From the NCBI RefSeq assembly GCF_008831285.2, contig NC_045138.2, positions 41,974,001 through 42,038,000 of the forward strand: a DNA stretch of 64,000 nt, written 5' to 3'. Positions 1 through 13,408 of this stretch are shown piece after piece; within the stretch, counting starts at the first letter, position 1, and every line of letters begins with the position of its first letter. The notes beneath the pieces were generated by a model. That model worked only from the letters and a program-made list of their open reading frames with translations, did no database searches and was not told the origin of the DNA. The DNA comes from Nymphaea colorata (lineage: Eukaryota). The position numbers and the translations under genes are program-made.

Positions 1-1643
1 AGACAGGCAAAGAAGATAAGTTAAAAATATAAATAATAGTCAGATGCACAAAGTTAAGATGAGATTTCGACATTGGTATGAATCATGCACCATCTGGCCC
101 AAAACCTGCTAAAGCAAGCAGCCTTCCCCATCCTTCTGAATGAAAGACTTGGTAAAATTCTTCATTGGTATAAACTGACTATTAGCTTTTAGAAATATAA
201 TTAGTTAGTAAATGTGTAATGGCAAGAAAATGTGAAGAAAAGTATAATAGAAAAAGAGGTCCTCATTGCAAAAAAATGTAAAGGTAATAGAGATTGCAAA
301 GAAATATAATTAAATTGAAAAACTGAGCCTATCTGTGGAATTCCATCTACTCTTCTTCATTGAAACATCCTTATCTCGCCATGTTGAAAATTTTTCTTTC
401 TTTTAGCAAGTGAGGTAGGTATGGCTGCTAACGCAATTCAAATTGGAAGTCCCTGGGTTAGGAAAAATGCAACATCAATGGATTCATCCACCTTATTTAA
501 TTCTGGTTTGTTAAAATTTGTTCACAATCAAACAAAGCTGTGCTATCTCATGAACAAAGGGCCTGGCCATTTAGACCAAATATCCAGAAAATAAGTAGAT
601 ATTACAAAAAAAAACAAAAGGCAGGTATATATTTTTAGCATTTGGACTAAAAAATGGAAAAGTAAAAACCGAATTTTTTCATGAAAAACGGAAAAAGGAC
701 AAACTAAATCCCATTTATTACTTTCTGCTAACCTAAAAAAACTGAGGTTTTTGAACAACTGAAAAGGTGGCCAACCACCCCTCCGCTCTACCTATGGCAT
801 TGCCTCCTCATTATCCTCTCTCTCTCTCCTGACCCCCCCCCCCCCCCAAAAAAAAAAAAAAAATCAGTCAAACGGATAAGCACCCCTGCTATGAACCTGA
901 AGAGAGAGATCCGCGCATTCATCCTAGTGGCTTAGACTTTCATTGGACTGATCTTCCAGGCGTGAATCGAAATTAACATATTAATATAATTAATCAATCT
1001 TACTCTTATGTATGCAGTATGCACAGATCCAACATACAAAATATTGGATATGGAAAATCAAACTACAATCCTAAATATGGTTCAATCGGATCAATAATAC
1101 AAAATTGTATCCCACTCTTATGAAAGTATGAGGATCTAAATCACCTATATCTAGTAGAATTTTATCCTACATATGTTTTTACATCCAAACAGGTACTGAA
1201 GCAGAAGATCATGAGTCTGATAGAATATGGAGACGTACCCATTTCAGATTCTAGCTTGAACAGAACTTCACTCTCTCTTCACATATAGGAGATGGTTTGC
1301 AACTTTGCATGGAGCGGAACAATTTGACTGTAGAGAGTTGTTATGTTAGGAGAAAGTTCATCACGGTTCCTTTTGTAGAATAACTGGTATATTGCCTCTA
1401 ATTATGGGGTAGTTGGAACCTGAAGAAGAAATCAGGCTGGAGTTTTGTACTAGAAGACATGCTGCCACCTCTTTTGCACACAAATTATGACAGCAAAGGT
1501 GGAATAATTTGGGTGATTAAAGGAAGAAAGAGGAGGGAATTCAGTAATAGGTTCAATACCTATATAATAACTCCCTAATCCTTGCAGTTATATTAAAGAT
1601 CCTCAAATGGCTGATTACAGTTGAAGGACGATGAAGCAATAGG

Positions 1644-4630
1644 TGTAACGCTCGTTCTTTTCTTTTAGACAGGTTGGGTTGGAGCGGGTCCAGACCGGAC
1701 CCGAGCCCCACTCGTGTAAGGGAGCCCCGTCGCGCGAGGGAGTTTTCCTTCCTCGACTTCTTCAGCGTCTTCTTCTTCTCCTTCTTCGACTGTTCCCTCT
1801 GCTACGACCGCAGCAAGGAAGAAGTGGCGGTCGGTGTGGTGGTGGCGGTGGCTGGACCGGCGACGGCAGCGGCGGCGGTGGCGACGGCGGCAGCGTGGGT
1901 AAGTTTCCTCTCTCACCCTCTCTGTCTGCTTCTTCTCCTCCCTCCCACGCAGCCTCTCCCTACTTCGTCAGCACCCCCCCTGCCGCATGATTTCTCCCTC
2001 TCCCTCTCTGCTAGAGCTCCCTCCTCGTCCCATCCGTCTCCTCTTCACCATCTCTCCCTTTGCCCCGCTCGATTTCCCTCCCCTTTGCCGTCTTTCCCAT
2101 TTCTGTCTGAACCCTCTCTCTGTCCGTCTCTCTCTGTCAGTGCCTCTCCCTGCCCACACGCTCCCTACTTGAGCTCTTTCTCCCCATTTCCTGATTGCTT
2201 TTCCCCATTTTTCCCAACCGAGCACTCTTTCTCATGGATTTCATCATTGTTTATTAGGATTCCAGTTTGGGGAACACGTTCTTCCCCTCGTATCAGCGTT
2301 TAGGTGGTGTTGGTGGTGGCGGCTTGGCACAATTTCTGCCATTTGGGGACCGATTGTACGTTTGAGGTGGCTGTCGGAGGCATCACAACAGTTTGGACAC
2401 TTAGATTGGGGTGAGCAAGGCCTATTTGAGCTTCGATTATTGAATATTATCTATGAGAGCATGTATAATTATTGTTTGAGCTTGCTAGAATTAAAAAATT
2501 GATGTTTTAGAAGGCATGCTAGAGATGTCGCTATTTTGGGAAAGTTTATGCCCATTTTGAGACGGACGAGGATCTATGTGTATAAGTGTTTTTCTAGCAT
2601 GGTAGAGATTGTGATGTTGTGGTGAAGGTTTAGAACTGTTTTAGCAAACTTGGGAAGTAGGCTTCTATTGATGTACATATGCGTTGTATGTTGAGAATCT
2701 TAATGGTGGGGAAGACGCCTCAACTATGGAAAACAAGTGAGAATCGCACATGTGATAGGTCGAATATAAGTTTGAGTTCTAATCGTTGGTGGCAACCTCG
2801 ACGGGTGGGAAAAGACCCCTTTTTGGAGGGCTTTGTAGGTCGACACCCATTTGAGGCGAAGACGTGCCTCGATGATGGTATTTTCAGATTTGTATCGATT
2901 GTAAGCGAAACGAGTAGAGAACTTACCATTTGGTTATGTTTGCAGGTACACCGGGCACGTCAAGTAGGCCTTGAGCAACGTGGGTCGTAGTTCGAGGTGT
3001 TTAGAAGACGCGCGACAGGTATGGCGGCATTTCAGGCAAATCCCTGCCTGGGCAATTGTGTGAATGTGTGTTCCTAGGATCGTAGGACCCTAGGATTGTG
3101 ATGTGATTGATGGATTGTTTTGTGAATGAATGTGTGTATGCATGCAAAATGTTTGAAATATGATATGATTTGTTTTGAAAGGCTATGAGAAACATGTTTT
3201 GAAAATGTTACGCAATTGCATGTGCATGCTAGAACTGATAACTGTTTAGGACAGATGAGGTGGGGTATCGAGTCGAGTGTCTCCTCGACCCCAATTGTGC
3301 ATTAAAAAGCATCCTAGAATGATAACTGCATAGGACAGCTACGAGTCAATCATAGATCGAGACTACTCTCTGTGGTTTGGCTAAGTTTTTTGAAGATGTG
3401 ATTGATATGAATGTTTTGTTCTGTTGTATACACATTGCTGCAGGCAATGATGCAAATGATTGAATTGGAGGGTGGTTGTACCCATATTGTATGACGGCTA
3501 GTTATGACTGCTAGTGTTATGTACAGACCTCGTGTGGAGGCAATTGGAGGTATGGGTGCACTCGTGAAGTGTATCAACCTCATGAGCTAGCCAGTCAGTT
3601 TGTAAATGTGTTAATCTAATGATAATAATGAATGATTAAGAGATGAGAGGCCAGTGGGATGTGGCTATGTGTTGGGAGACGTCTCGTTTTCGCCACTGGT
3701 CTCGCCTGTTCGGAGCGCAGGCGGTGCAAGGCCCCAGGGTACTGTTGTGTGTTGTGCTTGGAGCGTTGGGCTCCCGCCTTTCCAACCTGGGTGTCATAGG
3801 GAAGGCTGAGTATCTCTCCTTGGAATTCACACATCCATAGATGAGTGCTCTATCGCTGCAGCGGATGAATGGATCCATATCGTTATGGGCCACCACGGGG
3901 GTTGTCTCTCGGCTATGGGCCGCCGCCCATGGTGTGCACGTGCTTGTGTTTGCACCCACAGGAACTGTCAATTCACTAAAGCTAATGAAAATGAAAGTAT
4001 GTGATTGAAATGTGTGTGAACGAATGTATGTGACTGATGGGCATGTGAATGATATGAATGAAATGAAATGTTTAAGCATGTCTTGCATGCGATTGAGATT
4101 GTGTTACTGTGGCCCTTGAGTGGCCTTTTCATGTCGTGGTCTATGTTAGGGGTTTTCTTGGCAAATGATGTGCCTATGCCCTGTCACGACATGACGATAG
4201 ATTGTTTTTATGATTGTTCTCAGATTTGAGCCCTATCTAAGAGGGTTTGGAATTTTCTTGGCTTGTTGCCATACTGCGAAGGCTAAGCCTTCAGTTGTTT
4301 CTTTTTCAGGTTTTGGCGGACCTAGGGCAGCAGGTTGATCAAATGGCTTCACTCACATCCTACTTGGGAGGTTTTGGGTCTTTGGTAATGCCGGTCATGG
4401 GTTGGTCTTTTTGATGTCTTATTTTTGTTAGGCATCAAAGTTGTAGTTTGAGGCATTTTTGTCATACACATAGATGTGAATTTGTATGAATTGAAGTTGT
4501 TATATAAATGAAAGTTCGCCCCATTGTTTGGAATGACATAGCTCCCTTTTTGAAATGTTGTGTCGTCACACTTCAATGCTTTATGTTAGAAAAAAATGTG
4601 TTTGAGGGTCAAAAAGGTTGGGGTGTGACA
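1644..4630 (+). mobile_element. Probable solo LTR (~3 kb) of a Ty3/gypsy (Tekay/Del-like) retrotransposon, inside intron 1 of the BPI/LBP gene
   Basis: Starts TGTAAC (1644) and ends GGGGTGTGACA (4630), a typical chromovirus LTR terminus. GC-rich and CT-rich 5' part, TG-rich body, no gag/pol motifs. The TSD is imperfect: GGTGT follows the end, and GGTGT at 1642-1646 overlaps the start. Confidence 0.6.
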
Positions 4631-6034
4631 GGTGTTATAATTGTTGATGCTATACAAAAATTCAATTGCTCATGTAATAAAAAATGCATAATGTTGCAAT
4701 TTCAGCGGTATACATTGCTATACTAATCCAAGTTACACATTTCATAATAGCATGCAGTTTGAAATATGCCCGACAATGTTGGCTAAAGTTGCTCCGAAAA
4801 TTTCATTAGGGAAAGTAACAAATTCATGATATCAAACTAAGTATTGTAGATTTAAAATTTGTATTCATTAAACTCGACTAACAAAAAATATCTGATTGAA
4901 ACAAGCTGTTACTATTATATTTTATGGGAAGAAAACACAGGAGTCTTCCTTTGGTAATACGCAAAAAATACTAAATAGACAAACATTTGAAAATTTACAT
5001 CGGCAAAAGTAGTTGGTGAAATGGCATTCTAGCACAAAACCTGCAAATAGATGCAGTAGTCATGTACTCAACAACTGTGTTGCACAGTTTCAAATACAGT
5101 AGTTCATAATTTCATTAAGGAAAGTAACAAACCCATGCTTTTGTTACTAAATGTGGTAGCTTATAAATTTTCATACTTCTTAGTTGACATATTTCAATTT
5201 CTTAGTTGAATTTCATTTGGAATTAAAATTTATAGTTAATCACAGATTCATATTCAGTTGGACTAGTTTCAGATCTGACTCTAAGAAAAGATCCATGTGC
5301 CTTCCAGAACAAGGGAGTTCCCTTGCTCCTACTGTGTACGATTAGCCAGCCTTGCGGCAGCAAAGGATTCGACGTTCCCCCATGCCACTCATGATCATGC
5401 ATGCAACTGTCTCAAAATAGGAAAATTTGACGCTTCCGTCCTTTAACATTTACTAGGAATATTAAATTTTCCTCCAACCCATATAGGAAGGAGGGAACCG
5501 ATCAATTCGGACATTTTTTCAATCAATGCGGGGAAAGGGACTGAAGATCACTCCAATCGTAACATGGTAAAAGGCAAGCATAAAAAACATGAAAGATAGC
5601 TTAGATTGAAAGATCTTAGAACGTTTTAACAAGCAAAGTTGTTTCAAAAGCAAAACAAGCCTTATTCAAAAGCAAGTGAGATCTGACAGCTTCAGTGAAA
5701 CGGTAGAGGAGAAAATGATACAATAATCATGTCAAGAAACAAAACAATATCTCCTTTGGATGCAGTAGAAAGTGATGAACATAATCGGCCATCAGCATGA
5801 ATCAGTACTTCCACATATGGGACAATCAGATTCGACGCCAAGCTATACACGGTCCATTTCGTTTATCAAATGTAACTTCAAGAACTGAAATTGAAGGCGG
5901 AATCGTTGACCAACAGCAGCACATAGACAAAAAGATTTTCCGTTCAAATAGCGCCACAGCGAGCCTGTGCGCATGAAGAAACTGGCGACCCTATTACGTG
6001 TTCACACCTCAAAACTGAAAACGCGGTTGCTTAC

Positions 6035-6466
6035 CCGGACGGAGGCGCTGCCCTCATCAGAGACATCGACGGGGATGAGCCACGAGCTGTAGGTGTAGCG
6101 CCACTTCATGGTGATGTTGGCTGTGGCGCCGGTAACGATGATGGCGATTCCGGTGTCCCCGGGATGGGCGCCGGAGGAGGACGATGAGAGGTTGAGGTGA
6201 GAGAGGATTATGCAGGAGAAGACCGCCTCGACGCCACCAACGAAGGGTATCCTGAAGGACCTGCTGATGTCGGGCAGGTGGAGGGCGGTGAGGGAGCTGA
6301 CAGCCTCGCGGATGAGCACCTCCTTGGCGAAGTCCAGCCCCTCCTGCGTGACGTTCGCCCAGATGTAGCCCTTCTTGCCTTCATCGCCTCCTGGTGAGGG
6401 AAGGCATGAGGACAGGCAGGAGAGGGCGGTCAGGAGGAGAAGAGCACCCCATCTCCGTGCCATCAT
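6035..6466 (-). CDS. Exon 1 of a BPI/LBP-family lipid-binding protein (At1g04970-like); later exons lie beyond the window start
   Basis: Signal peptide (MMARRWGALLLLTALSCLSS) followed by VTQEGLDFAKEVLI...LHLPDI...WRYTYSSWLIPVDVSDEGSASVR, matching the plant BPI1 domain. Phase-0 donor CGG|GTAAGC at 6034. GC-rich coding composition. Confidence 0.9.
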
Positions 6467-7851
6467 CGCCGGCGATTTCTAAGTTCTAACTTGTTGTCAT
6501 CGCAGGAGGAGGCTGTCCCGAGAGGGGGCCGAGTGGTGGTAGCTGGAGACGGAAGGGAGGCAATATTTTCTCGACCGAACAAGGATGGTAGCTCTCATCA
6601 GTCATCTCGCCCATTTTGATTAGGACGCACTTGTTGGCTACCAAATAATTATGAACTCACGAACTTGGGGACCAGTACGAGTCCATGGCATATCTGCCCA
6701 AGGCTGATGCCATGTGCTTTGATATTAAATATAATATGTTTTTCCCGAAAATTTTTGAAAGGAACTGGGAACTGAAAAACTAAGTACTGCTGCTGAATTT
6801 CCTTTGAATCAGCAGATTCATCTTGGAGGCGTTTGGACGATACTTAATTTATGTTTATTTATTGTCTGAATGACTGACATGACAAAAATAGATTGTTTGG
6901 CGGAAAAACTTACTTCAATTCTTTAAATTGAAAGAAGATATTGCCCTAAAAAAGGGAGCCCTTGTAGCGTGGAGTTTGCCACCTATCGCATCTAAACTCT
7001 GTGATAGTAAGAGCTTTCCATTAGAATGGTCGATTCGTTTGAATATAACTTTGAGTTTGAATGTGATGGTTGGGAATTCTTTAATTCATATCAGCAAAGC
7101 ACTTTTTTAGATTTTTTGTGTGTAAGTAGATATTTAAGAGAACCTTCCCATTCACTGCTCACCTAATTAAGGTCAGTCAGTGCTTTTTAAGTGCAAAGAT
7201 GCTAAGACAGTTGTGATCATTAAGGCTGAACATCCGGCCAGGGAAACCCGATGTTTGACAAAGCTGGACTCGTGCAAACTCCAAGAACTTGTTGGCAGCT
7301 CAAGCTCATCCTGTTTAGTTATTGGGCCCCTTGCATTTTTTGTTTTATTTATTTGTTCATTTTCACTTGATCATTATGAGGTTACTTATTGACAGACATT
7401 AATTTATATTAATTTGTAGATGTAGCCTGTGTCTTCATGTCCATAATGTCTTGGTGTATTATCGCATATTCTCTGCATTGCAAGGCATATCCTTGTCTCA
7501 TAGGCGTGTCAAATTTATATAGCATATTGGCTATAAAAATGATTGCTTGCAATTTCACTTCTCATTGTTTTATCCAATCCTCGCACCAATATGTGTCTGT
7601 TAAGTGATTGTGAGCATCCAAATAGAAAGGAAGTTGTTTCCATTTTCCATCCGTTCCAATTTCAGGTTGTATATCATCTGATATGTACAGAAAGTTTTTT
7701 TGGAAAAAAACTTGTCAAGGAAAAAATTTGGATGTAGTTTTGTTGAATGACACCTCCCAAAAACATAACCATTACTTTCAGTTCAAAGAACAAATTAATA
7801 CAAGAATTAAACAGCATCGTAACGAGGCAATCTGAAAAAAAAAAAAGGAAA

Positions 7852-7890
7852 TCTCTCTCTCTCTCTCTCTCTCTCTCCCTCTCTCTCTAT
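7852..7890. repeat. (CT)n microsatellite
   Basis: Visible directly in the sequence. Confidence 0.95.
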
Positions 7891-8429
7891 CTCTGTCGCT
7901 CGCGCGCTTTCTCTCTGCTGAACTAGACAAATATTGGAACTAGACGTTCATGCTTTTAGCCAAACTAACTGTGCTATTAATATAACATGACAATTGGAAG
8001 AAAACTGAACGTTAATCCTCGTACTGCATTTTATTCAACTATAACAGTGTATTTATATCCAAGAACGAACATCAACATGAAGAGTAAGCCTGTCCATCTG
8101 CTCACTGTATTGCCGCAGTAGAGCTTGAACCATCGTCTGCAGATCTCTTGTTGATTGATCACTTCCATCCGTAAGCAAACTTAGGAAGTCAAGGAGTATG
8201 CAATTGGATATTCAAACCGCAATTAAGCACATATGTCCTAAATTAAATATGTTTTGGTTCGTCCTAGACACCTCTCGTTTATTTCATCCCACAGGCTCCA
8301 CGATAAAAGGGGAATAACCATGGGCTTGGCTTAACCCCTCTATGACAGTCTACCATCATTTTCATCAAAACTCAAAAGCAACAGATGGGAAAACAAAAAA
8401 GAGTTTTCTTTTAATTTTTTGGATATTCA

Positions 8430-8790
8430 TATTCTGATTCAGACTTGGATTCCAATGCGGATGAAAAACTGCTTATACCATATCCGAATCTGGTTTTTAA
8501 ATTCACATCTAAATCCGATCCGGATCCAACTTTTAAGTTATATTTGAATTCGATCTGGATCTGACTTTTAAGTTACATCTGAATCTGATCTGAATTCGAC
8601 TTTTAGGTTATATCTAAATTCGATATGAATCTGACTTTTAAGTCATATCCTAATCCAACTTTTAAGTTATATCTTAATTAGATTGGAATATGACTTTTAA
8701 GCTATATATGAATCCGATCCAAACCTGCCCTTTAAATTGTATCTGAATTAGCGAAGTTTGACTCTATGTATCCACATTCAAAATTTGAAT
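8430..8790. repeat. Degenerate ATCCGA/ATCTGA subterminal repeat array, probably the 3' end of the adjacent hAT element
   Basis: Repeated units like atctgaatccgatccggatccaacttttaagttat, lying downstream of a minus-strand hAT transposase remnant. Confidence 0.65.
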
Positions 8791-9330
8791 ATTAGTCAAA
8801 TTTAATAAAGTAAGCCTAAAAAACATATTTTTTTAAACATTTACCAATATTGAAGTAATGAGTAAATAATGAAAAAATGTATTCACGTGGTCTACAAATT
8901 GCATCTTAAACAAATTTAAGAAACCAACATATCTAATGAAGGCAAGTGCAACTGCATGCTTAGATCTTAAGTACCAAGCCATTTGGATTGGGTCTAAGTG
9001 TTCTATTTTATTGAATAAGGTAATAATGACGAAGGAAAATTTATCATATTTCTTATCATTTCTTGAACAAAATGGTGTGTAACATACTTTTTGTCCAAGT
9101 CTAACCAATTCTATAGAAATGTATAAGACAATAAAACATAACAATCACTTGAGAGAGAATGAATAGTTAAATGTTTCCAAGTTAAGTCTGCAATGATTTA
9201 CCCATTTTAAGTAATAAGCATCATAATAAGGTAATATGTACAAAAAATTTATAGTAAGCACTAAGTGAACTATGAAACCAATCTTTAGCTCACACCAACC
9301 CAAACTGGACTGGTGGTATTTGTCAAGCCT

Positions 9331-9334
<4 letters not shown>

Positions 9335-9423
<89 letters not shown>
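9335..9423. repeat. Compound (TG)n(AG)n microsatellite
   Basis: Visible directly in the sequence. Confidence 0.95.
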
Positions 9424-9425
<2 letters not shown>

Positions 9426-9927
9426 AAATAAAAATAAAAGAAAGTATGTATAGGTCACACCACATCGTCAAACTTCATTCTCTATAGCACACAAACTTCA
9501 ATTTTCCAAATTGTACTTGGCTATTGTTCTTTGATGCAACAAGAAACTAGACGAGAGTCAATGCTTGACAACCTCGATAAAAAAACATTTCACCTTATAA
9601 TACAAGCTTGCAGCTTTCAATGCCTCCACTTGCCAAAGTGGATATGTTCTTTTATTTTAATATATACTTCGACTATGGTGACATTATATTGAGGATAATG
9701 CTATCAAATTAACCTACACAAATAACTGTAAGTTTTAATTGATATGAGGAAAACAAATAACTACAAAAAGAATATCTACCTCTAATTTATGACTCACTTC
9801 CAATGTAGGCAAATGCAAATGATGCTTCCTCTTCAAACAAAGGTGTAGACAAATAGGAACCATCAAACAACTAATAAAATAAACAACACAAAAATATAAT
9901 TAAAAACATTAATCATAAATTAATTAC

Positions 9928-11300
9928 CTTTACTCTAATCTTGCAACCAATCATGTGCACATGTCAAAGCCTCCATGGTCTTTGTACCTAATCAACTTTT
10001 GTATGATATAAAAATATATCCTCCATAATAAATGTTAACTTTGATGCAACAGTTGATAAAATAAGAGCCAAAATATCACATTTCGTTTTAGATAACACTG
10101 GGCATTTGGGTGCATTGCCTTTTCACCATGTCAAAATATCAATTAAATTGTTTTTTGGATAAATAGGCTCTTTCAAATACAACTCTAAATCTGATTTGGT
10201 GCATTCACTCTCATGATTCTTCAAGAAAGTCATCATGCACTTCTTCTAGGTTTTTTATGAGAAAAAATTCAACAAAAAAAAGTAAAGATAAATGCATCAC
10301 TATCCTTCTCAACATCAACAATATGACTGGTAGAGGGTGTCTTTGATGCATAAATAGCTCTATACTCATCGTAAAGATCCCAAATGTAACTTTTAATTAT
10401 AAAGACATATTTATATGTTTCATCTTTATAAAGTTGTTTGTAGTAAAGTTCAATTATTTTTATCTTATAATGATGATAAAAAACCACTGCGATTGTTAAA
10501 ATTACATTACATATGTCTCAATACTTGTCAAACTTTTCTTCGGGTAACAATCTAACTTGAACACATTTTCTCAAATTCTACTTCTATCTCACAAAACTCT
10601 TTAAATAAGATATTAGAAGTTGTATACTTTACCACAAAAATGGCATTCCTAGCTTCATAAAATATGTTATAACCGTTTTGAATAATAACAACCTTCTTTC
10701 ACGCGTCCTTATTCAATGTCAAATGATAATGACGATCAAGTTTTTGAAAACAGCCAAAAGTTTTTTGATATTTAAAGCTACATTAAATATACGAAATATC
10801 GAGTTTCATCTAGTTAAAACGTCAAGATATAATTTTTTTCAGAAATAACTTTGATATGACACACTGCTCAATCAAAAAATTCACATCGAAATGGAAATGC
10901 CTTGATATATTTAATGTTTTCTTTGATCTTATCAATCACATCACTTATTTCTTTGACACCATCTTGCACAATTAAGTTAAAAATATGAGCAGCACAAATT
11001 GAAAAAAAAAAAATCATTGCAAGCAAGTGCATCCTTTCAATAAGCCACTATTTTGTAACTATGTTGTCATTTGTCGAACACTTATGTAAAGTAATTGAAA
11101 ATAATTAGGATCAATGTTTCATTTTGTTAAACAATCTCTTATGACTAATGCGAGTTTTTCTCTCATATAAGGTGACTTAATAACAACAAAGTTAAGAACT
11201 TTCTTTTGTATTTCTCAATTATCATCAAATGCATACAAACATAAATAACCAATTTTTTTACAAGATGAAGCTTATATGTCAGATGTAAGTAGAAGTATTT
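9928..11300 (-). pseudogene. Decayed hAT (Ac-like) transposase
   Basis: Manual minus-strand translation gives LLTSDI*ASS..GYLCL..DDN*EIQKKVLNF (~11200-11300), FSITLHKCSTND (~11060-11100), ICAAHIFNLIVQDG (~10960-11000), and the dimerisation domain DILTW*KGNAPKCPVLSK..DILALILSTVASK..MEALTCAHDWL (~9940-10140). Many stops and frameshifts. Confidence 0.85.
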
Positions 11301-11715
11301 CAAGTTGTTAGCAGAGGCATAACTAGAAGTATTAACACGATATGTTGTAAAATCCATATAATGCATATATAAACAATAAAAATGAATAAATGAATAATCA
11401 ATGATAAACAAAATAAAAAAGTGTCTTACAAATTGAAGAGTTTGTTGAGTATCCTCTCTTGACTCTTGGTTAGCAAGATTATCGCTTTCTACCAGGAATT
11501 ACCAATGGTAAATTATTGAATATATAATATTTTCAAAGAAATAACATACACCTGCAAGTAATCCATTTCTTTATATGATTAAACATGAGAAAAATGCACT
11601 TTTGCTACATTGCAAGGCAACAACTAGAGGGTTTGAAATTACCAAACACATCAACACCATAAATTACACATAAAATGAATATATCAAAATGCTAATGTCC
11701 ATCAGGTGCTTTATT

Positions 11716-11746
<31 letters not shown>

Positions 11747-11772
11747 ATATATATATATATATACACACACAC
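11716..11772. repeat. Compound (AG)n(TA)n(CA)n microsatellite
   Basis: Visible directly in the sequence. Confidence 0.95.
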
Positions 11773-12775
11773 CCCAATCACCACAGTCTTGAAATCCATT
11801 ATACTACCATAGAGGCAACATCTAAGATGTCATCATTTGTCAAGTAGCAATTTTCTTTTTGTCCACATTTACAACTGAGGTATAGTGGGTTCCTTTATCT
11901 TCTGCTGCTCATTATTTCCTACATGCAGTCAAATTTAAGAAATAAATCTTACATTAAGGTTGTCTCATTGATTCAACTCGAGAGAACTACACTCTCAAGT
12001 TCGTAATATATTAGAACCAATTCAAAGCAATAATAGTTTCTATAATGCACATACTGTAAAGGAAAGATGACAATGCTAATTCAAGTGTCAATTATTCAAA
12101 ACAATAATGAACTTCATTTTCTGTAGCTTCTCACAATTGAATAATGTAAATTCTCATTTTTAATTTTACCCAAAGAACATGCTCAAAAACAAATCGCTAA
12201 AGTTGGCATATTATTATCCTGTAATTTTCTCTCAATGGACATGCTAAAAAATAAAAGCCCAGAACTGATCTCACTCTATGTTCTTACACCTATTTTTTAT
12301 CTTTAGTATAGTGGGTCTCCAAATGGATAAGATGGCTGCCTATCTTCTCATGCACTAGTTCACCCAGTAGAATAAAAGTCTCATATTGGTAACATCATAT
12401 CTCCAGCTATTGACATACCAGCGGCCCTTGCCCCATAACCAAGGTGGGATAGTCTGAAGTCTGAACAGCTTTAATTGCTGCCACTCTTGCACCATTTGCC
12501 ACTATGTCTAGTTTCTATTGTCTCGTTAACATTGTTTGGTACTTTGCTTATAGTTTGCTTTTCATATTGAAGTTTAGGTGGGAATGAGGAAGGAAGGCGC
12601 AATGCAGATGGTGGTCTTTGGCATTAGCAACAAAGAAACCACACCCTCTGATGGGTAGAAGCCTAGCAACTTTGGTCTGAGTGAAAATTCTCACAGAACT
12701 CTATGCATGAGCTAACCAATAAATCATGTTCCATTGCCTAGGCATGACTTTTGTACATGCTGAATATGCCTCTAA

Positions 12776-13069
12776 CGGTATGTTTGGATGGACTGAAAGA
12801 AAGAGAAAGGAAGGAAACGGAAAGAAAAGGGAAGGGAAGGGAATGGGGAGGGAAAGGATAAGAAAGGAATGTCCATTCCTTTTCCTTCCAATCTCTCAAT
12901 TTTCAGAGGGAATGAAATTACATTGAAAAATCCTTTCTTTTCTTCCCTTTGCCTTTCTTTTCCTTTGCACCCAAACACAATCATGATCTCCCTTTTCTTT
13001 TACTTCCTTATCAATTAGTCATTCAAACATAGGAAAGGCCTTTCTTTCATCCTCCATCCAAACAGGCTG
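12776..13069. mobile_element. Tourist-like (PIF/Harbinger) MITE, 294 bp
   Basis: TIRs CGGTATGTTTGGATGGA ... TCCATCCAAACAGGCTG, flanked on both sides by TAA (12773-12775 and 13070-13072). Interior has purine-rich and pyrimidine-rich arms. Confidence 0.9.
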
Positions 13070-13408
13070 TAAACGCAGCAGTTTTCAAGTTGCTATTGTC
13101 CTAAATGCACTAGTTCAGCAATTCAGAAAGCATATCCAGCTTGGGACTGGACTATTGTTTGATGCATTCCAACTCTTTCATGTTGGTTCTCAATCATATT
13201 GTCAAAGAAATATTTTCATCAAAGCTAAAACCATAAAGTCATAAAATCATCTAACTTGAAAGCACTCCTTGGATGGCATCCATGCATGATGAGAGGGAAA
13301 CTAAAGGCTCACAACATATAGGATTTCTTTGTCACTACTGCAAGCATGCCCCAACAGGTACCTTATAGCATAGATAATTGTGGGAATAGTGCCTCTGGCT
13401 TCAGCCAA

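Noticed and set aside
1665..2303. Overlapping ORFs up to 209 aa
   Set aside because: Low-complexity GC/CT-rich LTR sequence; no domain motifs and open in several frames.
4740..5190. Degenerate duplication (tttcatta.ggaaagtaacaaa at ~4801 and ~5110)
   Set aside because: Old, short intronic duplication with no sign of function.
8054..8200. Minus-strand frame DGSDQSTRDLQTMVQALLRQYSEQMDRL..., possibly a terminal exon
   Set aside because: Short, weak acceptor, no partner exons and no family I can recognise.
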